Part shown: in pieces, positions 26,513 to 38,587 of the stretch
How positions within the stretch are numbered: the stretch's first letter is position 1
Layout of the letters: every line of letters starts with the position of its first letter
Assembly: GCA_951406725.2 (NCBI GenBank)
Contig: OX597816.1
Location: 74,896,001 to 74,960,000, forward strand
DNA: 64,000 bases
Reading direction: 5' to 3'
Source: Octopus vulgaris
Taxonomy: Eukaryota
The notes under the pieces: model-generated
Told to the model about the DNA's origin: nothing
What the model saw: only the letters and a program-made list of their open reading frames with translations
The model's database searches: none
Made by a program: the position numbers and the translations under genes

Positions 26513-27217
26513 ATCCAAGAATTAAGGTGTGGGAAGAAAGTGAGCTGGATCTTTTCGGTTTGAACGGCAAATTTTTCAAGCGGTGTCATGAAATTGTCAC
26601 CCATAATTATGACCCTAGTATCGATCTATTGCATTTCAATCTGTTTTAGGGTTAGGGTTAGGGGTGGGGTGAAGGGTATCTTTTTTCTTCACAAATGTAA
26701 ATAAACCCAATCTGTTTCTTAAAAGAGGGACATATTCATACGGCACAGAATGGTTTTTTTTTACCTCAATGAACGTCAGTGATTGGTTGAAATTGCAGAA
26801 ATTGAAGGAAAAAACAACAAATATCTTACAAACTAAAGAATTTTCTCAATAAAGCCAAGAGAAAAAGATGTTTTATAAACACATTCTACCAATATACGAA
26901 GTTTAAAATTTTTTAGTTACCTAGAAATTATACTAAAAACTGCCATTCAAACCGAAAAGATCCAGTGAGCTTTAAACGATCCGCAGAAAATGACAAAAAA
27001 ACAACTAGTGGTTTATTGGTGTAGACGTTTGTGAATTTTTCCCGCTTCGAAGTGCGACAAGCTGAAAAAATTATCTTATATTTCACGGTTGGCAGCCAGG
27101 ATTGCTGAGTAGGCGAACAAAAATCCAAGAGTTAAGGAACGGAGTGGATAAAAACCGTGCTGCTCGCCGTGAAACTTATGCAGCCCGGATCTTTATCTAC
27201 TTTATTCCTTAATTCTT

Positions 27218-27221
<4 letters not shown>
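26513..27221. mobile_element. Outer MITE with 15-bp TIR, interrupted by nested MITE
   Basis: ATCCAAGAATTAAGG (26513-27) / CCTTAATTCTTGGAT (27207-21); internal near-copy ATCCAAGAGTTAAGG at ~27123. Confidence 0.6.
26547..26963. mobile_element. MITE with GGATC-start TIRs, 8-bp TSD and internal (TTAGGG)n (Merlin-like)
   Basis: TIR GGATCTTTTCGGTTTGAACGGCA / TGCCATTCAAACCGAAAAGATCC; exact TSD AGTGAGCT at 26539-46 and 26964-71. Confidence 0.88.
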
Positions 27222-27288
<67 letters not shown>

Positions 27289-27514
27289 CAAAATGGGGCA
27301 AGAACGCAAAACATCCAGACAGCTAGGTGATACAAAAAAAGGGGACAACAAAACATCCAGATAGACGATACAAAGAAAACAAGGACGGGTCATTCCGAGT
27401 TTTCTCTCCTCAGTCGAGTTCCAGATTATCTTTGCAATTTCGGTTGGTTATATATATATATGTGTGTTTATGTGTGTACATATATATAGCACGAAAAACG
27501 GCAAAAGGTAGGCG

Positions 27515-27943
27515 TGTGGGTGGGTGTGTGTACCAACTCCTTCGTTTTCAGGGGACTCACTGAGTGCTCTTGGGCTTTTACTTCTATTTCAAATCTGGCC
27601 TCTACTGTGCCATAAGTACAGTCCCTCGCTGTATACTTTATGTCTTCCCATATGGGAGCCAGACATTTTTCAATTTTGCACTGCTCAAAGTGCTTCAATT
27701 TCTTTGTTGAAGGACAGTATGATTTGAAAACAACTGTCCTTCTTTTCAATTTTTCAACACGAGGGTGAGGGTGATATTTTTATATCACCCCCCCCCCCCC
27801 ACTCTTCTTTCATTTTTTTCAAAAAGCTGGGTGAGCTTTTCCTTTGGTAGTTCGACGTTTTCAGTAGCCACCGCGGTAACTGCTGAAAATTTCTTAACTG
27901 GCTCTTCCAGTGAATTTTTCTATGAAATTATTTCGACCGACAT
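27515..27943 (-). pseudogene. ORF1/gag-like paralogue 3 (N-terminal part only)
   Basis: KRRTVVFKSY..K.F..KIE..LA..IKY..R..YGTVEARF..AQEHSVSPL..LVHTPT aligns to ERTVVLRTY..KVF..EIE..LA..VKF..R..YGTVCVLF..ARDFASMPL..VLFLPT of the 30210 ORF. Confidence 0.7.
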
Positions 27944-27959
27944 ATTCGTTCGAAATAAA

Positions 27960-28430
27960 TTTATACACAATTTAATCCCAGAAAACGGGAAGCCTATAAT
28001 TTTTTACTTTTTTTCCCCCTCTCAAAGAGGACAACAGTTCAAATCCCTACCCCGCTGGGGGGGGCGGGCGAGACGTAACAACAAAGCTTATAACGGTCGA
28101 AATTAAATTTTTCACACAATAATAAAAATACGGTATCCCAAAAAACGGGAAACCTATGATATGTTTTTTTTTTCTCTTTTCTTCACAACGAGGACAACAG
28201 TTCAAATCTCACCCCCACTACAATAGAGCCTACAACGGCTAAAATTAAATTTGTCACACAATAATAAATTGATTATCCCCAAAAACGGTAAATTAAATTT
28301 GTCACACAATAATAAATTGATTATCCCAAAAAACGGTAAACCTATATTTTTTATCTCTTAATGAGGATGACAGTTCAAATCCCACCCCCACTGGGTGGGG
28401 AGGTACGACAATAAAGCTTACAACGGCTTT
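27960..28430. repeat. Three diverged ~130-180 bp tandem units between ORF1 paralogues
   Basis: Recurring ATCCCAAAAAACGG.AA.CCTAT...GAGGA..ACAGTTCAAATC...ACAA..A.GC.TA.AACGG. Confidence 0.75.
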
Positions 28431-28950
28431 AACAAGTTCAGTATTTCAACAATTCACACCTGCAAAAATGGCTTTACACAAACAATTACTTTCTCCCGTC
28501 ACCGGGAAAAAGCACAAAAATTTTCAAAGTTTAACAGTTCAACAATGTTCAACAGTTCGAAAATGTTCAGCAATAACTAATTCCAACAGAAAAGTAATCC
28601 AACGTTCAACAAAATGTTTGACTCACGGCCAAAAAAACACGTCTAACCACGAGACACATAAGCAAGCTATTTTTATTCATTAAATTTGCCATGTAGGCAG
28701 CACATAGATAAGGTAGCTTTGCGGGCTGGACATAGACATTGATGAAGCGAATGATTACGAATTAAAAATGATAAAGATGGGAGAAGACAGAAAGTGCTTG
28801 CCGACCCTCTGCTTCTCTAAAACATTGTTCTTTGAAAACGCATATACAGAGGTATTAACCCTCTTACAATTTAAAATACAATATATTTGGACTAAAAAGT
28901 CCACACAATTATAAAACACAATTTATACACAAATTGGAGGCGATAAATAT

Positions 28951-30210
28951 CTACAACCCTTCCCCGAGTAATTTTCTTGCAACTTGCAGGCATTCCTACA
29001 ACCGCGAACCGAGGCTCCAAAAAAGAATTCTATAATTCTCGTTTTTATACGAGTCAATTGTAACATCACAGTACTTTCTTTCCAGCACCAGAACAGCCAC
29101 CTGCGAAGGCCACTCTGGGTTGTCAATACAAGTCGGGTCCTGAGAGACCCGACTATCCATATCATTCTCAACGAAACTGTCAATAGCCCCACCCCTGAGA
29201 TAGCAGAACATATATTCTTCACCACTTTCACTGGGAGGGGTCTCAACTCCTTCGCTTGGTGGCACACATCCCACTGACGAGGTTATCTTCTTCCTCCCCT
29301 CCGGTGGCACACATCCCACCGAAGAGGTTTTGGGACATGCTGTCGCCGGCAGTGCCCCGTTTTTCTTTTTTTTTCTCTTCTTTTTTCCTTTTACGACAGG
29401 AGGGTGGACTTCCTCCGGCATCTTCGGAGGACACCCCTCCCCCTCCGCCGTCTCAGGATCCATCGGTGGGCAGTCATTGTTGCCCACCTTCTTTCTTTTC
29501 TTCCCCTTTGTTTTCGAGGAGGTTACTTCCTCCTCGATTTTTTCTTCCACTGGGGGAGCAGGGGACACCTTTTCAATTAACTGTTCCAAGACATTTGCCT
29601 GGTCCCTACCAAAGTTCTTTATATGACCCGATTCCATGCACAGCTGACACTTGGGGGTACGTCCCTCAACCATCACCGGGTACCTGGACCCGGCCAATGT
29701 TAAAAAATCTGGTAAAACCAGATCATAGGCTGATTGGGTCCATAGGGTCAAAATTGCTTTTGACCCGACCCAATCAACCGCAGGCAACATTTTTACATTT
29801 AAGAGCCTGGCAGGACCGCCACCCAGGCCCCGACGTATAGTGTCTTCTATGCACTCGGCCTCTATACCGGGTGGCAGCCCACACGCCCAGGCTCTTGTCA
29901 ACTTTCTGCCGCCATAAGTAGGGAGAAACAAAACTTTCTCCCCCTCCAAAGGCATGCTCGCAAAATCACGAGCTTCCGCTGGAGTGTCAAAAAGTACACA
30001 CACAGTTCCATACTTCACACCCCTGCGGATAAACTTAACAGTTGGCAGATAGTCTGCCAACTCCTCCTCAATTTCTTCCTCAGAGAAGACCTTAATGGTG
30101 TCAAGGACCCTGGAATAGGTCCTTAACACCACCGTTCTCTCCGTATAATTTTTCAACCATTCTTTGGGGGCCAGAATTTGCCACTCCAAAGCGGATTTCA
30201 CAGTTGCCAT
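28951..30210 (-). pseudogene. L1/Tx1-type ORF1 (RRM-like region, zinc knuckle, basic tracts, extra C-terminal domain), paralogue 2
   Basis: ATG 30210 MATVKS...; GLPPGI; PDFLTLAGSRYPVMVEGRTPKCQLCMESGHIK (CCHC missing its last C); KKKRKKKK. The TAG at 28996-98 looks premature: ECLQVARKLLGEGL* continues to 28951 and matches the paralogue. Confidence 0.8.
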
Positions 30211-30941
30211 GTTGATAGCCAAAACAAAAATAAAAATCCACAAACAAAAATAAAAATGTTCAAATGAAAGTCTATAAAGAAACTCAAAAAAGATCAGAAA
30301 GACAGACAAGAAAAGAAAGAGCGAAGGAAGATAGTCCAAAATGGCAACACAACACATAATTCTGCTACTCTGGTAGTCCTCCGCAGCACAAATAGTATTC
30401 CGTCCAACTCTGGCTGTACTCCTATCCTTTATGGTAAAACTCCACTTGAAAGGGCATAAACACAGTCATAGAAATTTCCAAAAAAATTTCGGAGTGGCAC
30501 ACCTCCCGAAAACACACACAATTCTCACTAAAATGTGAGTCTTTTAGTACGACTACCGTCAAAGAAATGTCTGGAACTCAGTGGAGACCCATGTTCGAAA
30601 AAATAATAACCATACGGACAACAGACTTCACTAAGCTCCCAAAACAACAAATACCTTCTTCCCATCAATACCTATCAATTTTTCACGTACGACGTGACTT
30701 CCACCGCGACGAAAAACAACGCGACAGCTTAGTAGCAGTAAGCGAGCCACTTTTATTCACATAGTTTGCCACAAGGGCAGTACACAGAGTAGCTGCGGGC
30801 TGGACAGACATTAATGTGATGAGGATGATAACGACAAAAATGCATAAAAATTGGTGGAGCACTGGCGTCCGCCGACCGATAACCCCTCGAAAACACTGTT
30901 CAATTTTAAAATTCAAAGATAAAACAAAAATTCACCTTTCA

Positions 30942-31698
30942 TTAATCTTCCTCGTCCGAGCCTCCAAGTAAGTTTCCTGCCACCTGCAGGAAAGCCTGCA
31001 TTGGCAGGCCCAGACGGAGTGACACAAAATCCTCATTATTGCAGGTCCTCCTGACCTCAATCAATTCTTCCTGGGTAATGACCTCTGCAGCCACCTGCGG
31101 AGGCCAACTTGAACAGTCTATACAGACTGAGTCATATCGTTCTCGGTCTAGAAGACTGTCCAAGTACAGCTCAACAGGCCCTCCCCTGATGTAGAAAAGG
31201 AAAAGTTCCACCTCTTCCTCACGGGGAGGGGCCTCAATCTACTCTGTCAGTGGCATAATCCCCACTGACAGAGCCTCTAGCTCCAGTGGCACACTTCCCA
31301 CCGAGGAGCCTCGGGTTCGGCGGCACAGCGACATCCGCCGACCGTCTCCCGTTTCTCTTCTTTCTCCTTTTTCTTTTTGTGGTTGCGGGAGTCGGCACAC
31401 CCGGGAGGTCCTCCTCCTCTCCCGCAACCTGCACTTCTTCTGATGAGCAACCACCGTTGTTCACCTTTCTCTTCCTTTTCGTTGAGGCCGACACCTTGAC
31501 GACTTCCTCCGTTTCTCCCTGCAATGGGAGAGCGGAGGGCACCTTCACCTTTCCCTGCTCCGGGACCTTACCACGGCCCCGAGGCCAGTCCTTCTTAATG
31601 TGGCCTGACTCCAGGCACGAGTGACACTTGGTGGGGCCACCCTCAAGTATGACTGAATACCTTGAGCCAGCCATTCTTAAGAAGTCCGGAAAGGTCAT
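30942..31698 (-). pseudogene. ORF1 paralogue 1 (C-terminal half, 5'-truncated, disrupted)
   Basis: FPDFLRMAGSRYSVILEGGPTKCHSCLESGHIKKDWP...KRKRRKKR, then FYIRGG...CIDCSSWPPQVA...FLQVAGNLLG. Confidence 0.8.
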
Positions 31699-32057
31699 TT
31701 CACCTGCCCGGTGAGTGTGAATGCCTCGTCAAAAATTGGTGGAGAAGAAAACAGGTATGGAAACGTATAGCTCTTATGGTCAGGCCTTAAATTTTCATTG
31801 GCATTTTTTATGATAAGCGCACTGGTCTTATGAACAAAGCAAACTGATTCGATTTCTCCAAATGCAATCGATTAGGGAAGAGTGAAATTCTATAAAACAT
31901 CCCAGGGAGTCTCCATTTCAAGCCTTTGAATTCTACGCAAGCACACACAATCAAATGTACATACAGAATACGCACACACAGATACACGCGCACAGAAACA
32001 CACAGACGCACACACACATATAAACAGCAATAAAGTACAAAAGCCTTAGTATTAAAA

Positions 32058-32125
<68 letters not shown>

Positions 32126-32164
32126 ATGGATATATATATATATATATATCCATCCACAGATTTC

Positions 32165-32497
32165 GCATGGCTCAATGGTTAGAGCGTCGAGTTTACGATC
32201 GTGAGGTTGTGAGTTCGATTCCCGGACAGGGCTCTGTGTTGTATTCTCGAGCAAGACACTTTATTTCACGTTGCTCCAGTTCACTCAGCTGTAGAAATGA
32301 GTTGAGACGTCACAAGTGCCAAGCTGTATCGGCCCCTTTGCCTTTCCCTTGGATAATAACATCGGTGGCGTGTACAAGTGAGACCGATATGTATGGGCGA
32401 CTGCTGGTCTTCTATAAACAACCTTGCCCGGACTTGTGCCTAGGAGGGTAACTTTCTAGGTGCAATCCCATGGTCAGTCATGACCGAAGGGGAGGTC
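32165..32497 (+). mobile_element. CORE-type SINE family D, full length
   Basis: GCATGGCTCAATGGTTAGAGCG (A box), GAGTTCGATTCCC (B box), CORE-like block, tail ..CAATCCCATGGTCAGTCATGACCGAAGGGG. Confidence 0.85.
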
Positions 32498-32673
32498 TCA
32501 GCATATCCACAACATGAATGCAAGTTTATTCACATACATATGCAGACACACATATATAAACACACCAACTAATTTAGATATCCACAAACCCGTAAGAGTC
32601 GTCTTAACTAAAGCAAGAACTTGTTGCCTTGTCAGTGACCGGCTTGAACATGAAAAAGAAAATGTATACATAC

Positions 32674-33104
32674 GGATCTTTTCGATTTGAACGGCAGTTT
32701 TTCTAGCGGTGTCATTTGAAATTGTCACCCATAATTATGACCCTAGTATCGATCTATTGCATTTCAATCTATTTTAGGGTTAGGGTTAGTTAGGGTTAGG
32801 GTTAGGTGTGGGGGGGGGGGTATCTTTTTCTCTTCACAAATGTAAATAAACCCAATCTGTTTCTTAAACGAGAGACATATTGATACGGCACAGAATGTTG
32901 TTTACCTCAATGGACGTATTTGATTGGTTGAAATTGCAGAAATTGAAGGAAAAAACAACAAATATCTTACAAACTATAGAATTTTCTCAATAAAGTCAAG
33001 AGAAAAAGATGTTTTATAAACACATTCTACCAGTATACAAAGTTTAAAACTTTTTAGTTACCTAGAAATTATGTTAAAAACTGCCGTTCAACCCGAAAAG
33101 ATCC
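32674..33104. mobile_element. Second copy of the TTAGGG-containing MITE
   Basis: GGATCTTTTCGATTTGAACGGCAG ... CTGCCGTTCAACCCGAAAAGATCC; imperfect TSD ATACATAC/TAACATAC; body matches 26547-26963. Confidence 0.88.
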
Positions 33105-33464
33105 TAACATACATATATAGAAACATACATGTGTGTGTGCGTGCGTGTTTGCGCATGTATATATATGCACTTACATGTGTGTACGTTAAGTTTTGTTATC
33201 GCAAACACTTATACACGAATTAAAAACATAAGCCACTCAAGAAAATTGCTCGCAGACCACCATCCTCATCGTATAAATATTTGTAGTTCTCTTTTTGCTT
33301 ATACTTACAATATTAAACATGTTAACACTAATATGTACAAGAATGTTTACATAGTCATACGTATAAGCACGCATGTTTAAATATTTATGCAATATACACT
33401 GATAACGTCAGAATATGAGAGTGCGTTAATGCATTTGTGTATATGATATTGCATTGACCTATGA

Positions 33465-33527
<63 letters not shown>

Positions 33528-33653
33528 TATACATATACGCTGGAAACGTTAAACCCTCCTTCTTTCCTTCTTTCCTGAGCGTCCAATAATACTATACTTG
33601 TTCCACGTCCTCGCGTTGTTGTGTTTTCTCTTTGTGTTTTCATGTTTGGATTA

Positions 33654-33734
<81 letters not shown>

Positions 33735-33779
33735 TTATATATATACATATGTATATATATATATATATATATATTTATT

Positions 33780-33811
<32 letters not shown>

Positions 33812-33943
33812 TATATATACATATGTATATATATATTTATATATATTTATATATGTATATATATATATATTTATATATACATATGTATATATATATATAT
33901 ATATATACATATATATATTTATATATACATATGTATATATATT

Positions 33944-34001
<58 letters not shown>

Positions 34002-34196
34002 GCTTTTTAATTTGTTTACGGGAAACGTTTTGAATATGCATATAAAGTTCCTAGTCCATTATGCTAGACCCAGCTTAATGATGCGGACGGATGAACCAGC
34101 TTTTGGGGGTTGCATCGAGCTGTACCGATATGATGTAAGATAAATATTGTAGCAATAACAATAATCCTTGGATGGAATTTGTAAACATTTAAAGTA

Positions 34197-34322
34197 TCGC
34201 TACGCACGTTTCCACAAATCAGATGCCTTTTAAGATCATAGTCCGTATTCCTACGATGATTACTCTGTTGTCCGTAGTGTGCATCGGACAGATCATCTTT
34301 ATGGAGTCATTTCTTCAGGCAA
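34197..34322 (-). ncRNA. Hammerhead-like motif with ~100-nt stem II insert
   Basis: Minus strand: TTGC-CTGAAGA-[insert with TGTCCG/CGGACA hairpin]-GAAA-CGTGCG-TA-GCGA. Confidence 0.45.
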
Positions 34323-34520
34323 GATAACATTAATGGATGTTTAACAGAGAGTTATCCCTTTTGACCAGGGTGAAATACCAACAGAAATACTCACATAACA
34401 CATTCAACCTTCGTCCTGGTTTTTTCCTGTTCTCCGTATATCCCTTCGTCGTCATTCTGTGCAACATTTTGCAATATATATATAGTAAAATGCATATAAA
34501 ATGTGTGTATATATATGTAA

Positions 34521-34567
<47 letters not shown>

Positions 34568-34734
34568 CACACACATACATATATACATATGTGTGTGTGT
34601 GTGTGTATGTATGTATGTTTGTATATATGTATGTATATATATATTATAAATAATAAGTTTAAAGATAATAATTATTATTATTATTATTCACAGAATTTTC
34701 ACTCGACACCGTTTCTTCATTTTACGCATATATG

Positions 34735-34767
<33 letters not shown>

Positions 34768-34770
<3 letters not shown>

Positions 34771-34980
34771 CCACTAGGCACATTTTTTTCTCTCCTTGTT
34801 TTCTGTGTCCCTTTCTGTAGAAGAGCATAGGCTCGAAACGTAAAAGACTTTTTCTATTTCTGAGCGTTATACTAATACATCTGTTTGTTTTGTACACCAC
34901 CTGTCTTCGTCTTCAATAAATAAAATAAAAAAAAAAAATAACCTGTCTTCGTCTTTTGTTGTTTTTTCGTAAACTCTCCC
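34768..34980 (+). mobile_element. PLE-like fragment with minimal HHR-like motif (34811-34846)
   Basis: CTTT-CTGTAGA-A-GAGC-ATAG-GCTC-GAAA-CGT-A-AAAG; flanked by (TA)n; same family as 36918-37160. Confidence 0.65.
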
Positions 34981-35041
34981 TATATATATATATATATATA
35001 TACATACATATACTCACTCACACATATATATATATATATAT

Positions 35042-35105
<64 letters not shown>

Positions 35106-36853
35106 TTAAATAAACACTTTCATTCACAATCGGTTTACTTCAAATTTCACAGAAGTAAAAATCATATTCGAAATTTTGTGAACGCTTAAAAACAAAAAGT
35201 GAGAGGATCGTGACTTCTAAATAAGTAAATAATATTGATTGTCATTGGTTGATGAGTTAAGGGCTGGTATTCTTTGTACAGTTTATATCACATGGGTGAA
35301 TCGGCTTCTCGGTGATTGGTAAAAACCGCTGGGTATAGAGTAACTCTACTGTGATGAATAAGAATAGCGTTCGTTGATTTCTGTTAAAATTCTAGAGAAA
35401 TTAACATTTCAATGAATTTTATGGAATGGTATTAACAGCTAATTTTACGGAATGAAATTAAGTACCTAATATCACTTGACATCGCATACTGCGAACGAAA
35501 AAAAAAAGGCTTCATCTACGCTAGTTTACTCCAAACATCAACATGCAACTATGGTAACCAAATTACTTTTCTACACCATAGATTCTGCTTTACCTAGGTT
35601 GAGGTCTATAGAGCAACTCTTGCTCCATCCGATGACATTCTCAAAACACTACACAGGGCGCACTGTAAATGACCTCAAGGGGGAGATTCATTCATCATAT
35701 GTATCCCTTCTCGTTCAGGCACAGGGGAATCCCCAATTCCTTTAAAGTTTTATTGGAGACTACGAGAAATTTTTCTGCCCACTGTAAATCTGGAAAATTT
35801 TCAAAAATATCTTCTTTACTCATCCTAAGATCGTAACTGTTGTCTGTTTCTTGGAAAATATTTGCATATTCCAACAGCGTAGTGTATCCCAAAACAAAAC
35901 AAAAAAAATGAACTGTCATAATAATGCCATCAATGGAGCTTGCTGTTAGCTAATTTTAAGTCACTGGTTATTAACATTATTCTATAAATTTTATTAAAAT
36001 TCAATTTCACAAGAATTTCTAACACGAGCGAAGAAGTGTATTCCTGTTAAACGTGCCAATGTTATCCCCATTTAATCATCAATCACCGACATATCGATTC
36101 GAGCAAGTGATCCAAACTGAACAATGAGTGCAAAATTAGCTCATTAGCTAATGACAATCATCTTTCAGCTCTCAGAATACTGAGCCCCCAAACAATCGTG
36201 TTTTCATACGTCTGTAAAACTTTAAGTTATTACAATGCTAAATCATCTGTTATTTCAAATATTTAAATTTCACGACGAAGTAATTTTTATATTTCGGATT
36301 TCGTTTGTGCACTTACCTTTATACCTCGTTGTTTATCATGTTACAAATGTTAGGGCTTGGTTTCTTTTTATGTTTGTATGATATTATCTGAGAGTAATTT
36401 GGAGAATGAGTGCGTGTGTATGTAAGTATACAGATGTTTAATTCATATAATTTGTGCATGGGTGTTTGTTCTGAAGTCAAGCTTATTAACTACAGGAGTG
36501 GCTTTTCTGTTATAATCGCAAAAAAAACGCTTGTTCCTGTAACACTTTGAGGTTTTCCTATCTGGCGTTTTATATACAACTTTTATTGTAGTAGTGATGC
36601 TTTTTGTGGAGTGAATGAGTGGAAGTCACTTAATTTTTAGGCTTTTGTTTTCTTTTGCTTTCTGGGATATTTTTTTCAGTTCGTAGTTAGTACCCGACAG
36701 AGGTGGGGGCAAGCTATACACGTCTTAGTTTTAACAATCGTTAGATAAAGTACTCAAAGTATATTTTAGAGTATAGCGTCGAGAGAGTAACTTAATAGTA
36801 ACATAGTGAATCACCAACTTCTTACAAATATATATATGCGCGTATGTATATAA

Positions 36854-36917
<64 letters not shown>

Positions 36918-36920
<3 letters not shown>

Positions 36921-37160
36921 CAGAATTCACAAGAAAAACAAAAGTCGAAGACAGGTGGTGTAGACAAAAAACAGATGTATTAGTATAACGCTCGGGAAGT
37001 GAAAAGTCTTTAACGTTTCGAGCCTACGCTCTTCCACGGAAAAGAACACAGAAAGAAACAAGGAGGGAAAATAAAGAATGTGTAGTGGCTAGCGATCTAT
37101 CATGGCGAAGGCCGGACAGAAGAGTCACACAGGAGAGCTAGGAAGAAGGGGAGATAACAC
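36918..37160 (-). mobile_element. PLE-like fragment with degenerate minimal HHR (37008-37043)
   Basis: Minus strand TTT-CCGTGGA-A-GAGC-GTAG-GCTC-GAAA-CGT-T-AAAG; homologous to 34768-34980. Confidence 0.6.
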
Positions 37161-37207
37161 ATACACACACACGCACACACACACGCGCGCGCGCGCACAC
37201 ACACACA

Positions 37208-37242
<35 letters not shown>

Positions 37243-37253
37243 TATATAGAAGG

Positions 37254-37304
37254 AGCTTCTACAGGACTAGTACTGTTTCATTCAAGAGAAATCTTCAGGA
37301 AGCT
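37254..37304 (-). ncRNA. Type I hammerhead ribozyme, left-arm copy
   Basis: Exact reverse complement of 41138-41188. Confidence 0.7.
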
Positions 37305-37628
37305 ATTTAACAAGAATTGTATTAGCATTTATACATTTAGGCAGGTTTAAAGGAGTGGTGGTGGGGGACTTTTTGGGGGTAGGCATAGCGCAAAATATCA
37401 TACTTGGGGGAGTGGTCAAGGAGTCAGTGGTAAGTTAGATGAAAGAATAGATAAATAAAAAAATTAAAAAATAAAAAAATAAAAAATAAAAAAATAAAAA
37501 ATATATATAAAAAATATATATATAAAAAATATATATATAAAAAAAAGGGGGGATAGAGTTATAGGTAAATAAGGAGATTCTCACTTATACCTATACACAT
37601 ATGTATACGTATCTACACACGTACATAT

Positions 37629-37665
<37 letters not shown>

Positions 37666-38097
37666 CATACATACACATATACATACATATCTACATACAC
37701 ACATACATACACCCGCCCACATATACAAATTTATACACATGCACATGCATATACCTGTCTACACATACACACACGCATATATGCATACACTCACTCCCAT
37801 GCATGCACGCATACCCACATGTGTATATATATACCCACGACCACACATACATATATACACAGAAAAATATATATTCATACGCACATACACTCATGCACAC
37901 ACAACACACCTAGTTCCCTATATACACATATTTACACCTATATATACATACACCCACATACACATATGTACATATATATATATATATATACATATACACG
38001 CATACATATATATACATGTGTGCACATACATACACACACACACATACACACACACATACACACACACATGTGTACCTATACATACCTACACATACAC

Positions 38098-38140
<43 letters not shown>

Positions 38141-38531
38141 CCAATACAGGCCCATTCCCTAATTTTAATTTTATTATCTTCATTTATTACTTTTGTTATA
38201 TTTGATCGCTAGAGCTAAGGATCCTGGCTATGGCAGCATGTCCATTTGTCTGTCTACTAGAAGGCAAGTACTCATTCCCGCACGCACACTCATTAGCACG
38301 TACATTCACCCATTCGTACACTCATACACATACACGTACGCACGCGTTATATTCATACATACAAACATCTACATACGTTCACGTATATACACATACGTAC
38401 TCGTACCTACAGATTCGTGTCTACACTTTAGGAGGCTAGTCTATACATATACACCAATAAATATACATATATATATATATATACACATATACATACACAC
38501 ACACACATATACTCCTACATACAGATACATA

Positions 38532-38587
<56 letters not shown>

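Noticed and set aside
30211-30357. Hydrophobic N-terminal extension of the 453-aa ORF
   Set aside because: Arises from a non-ATG start in a T-rich 5' UTR; homology with paralogue 3 begins after the ATG at 30210.
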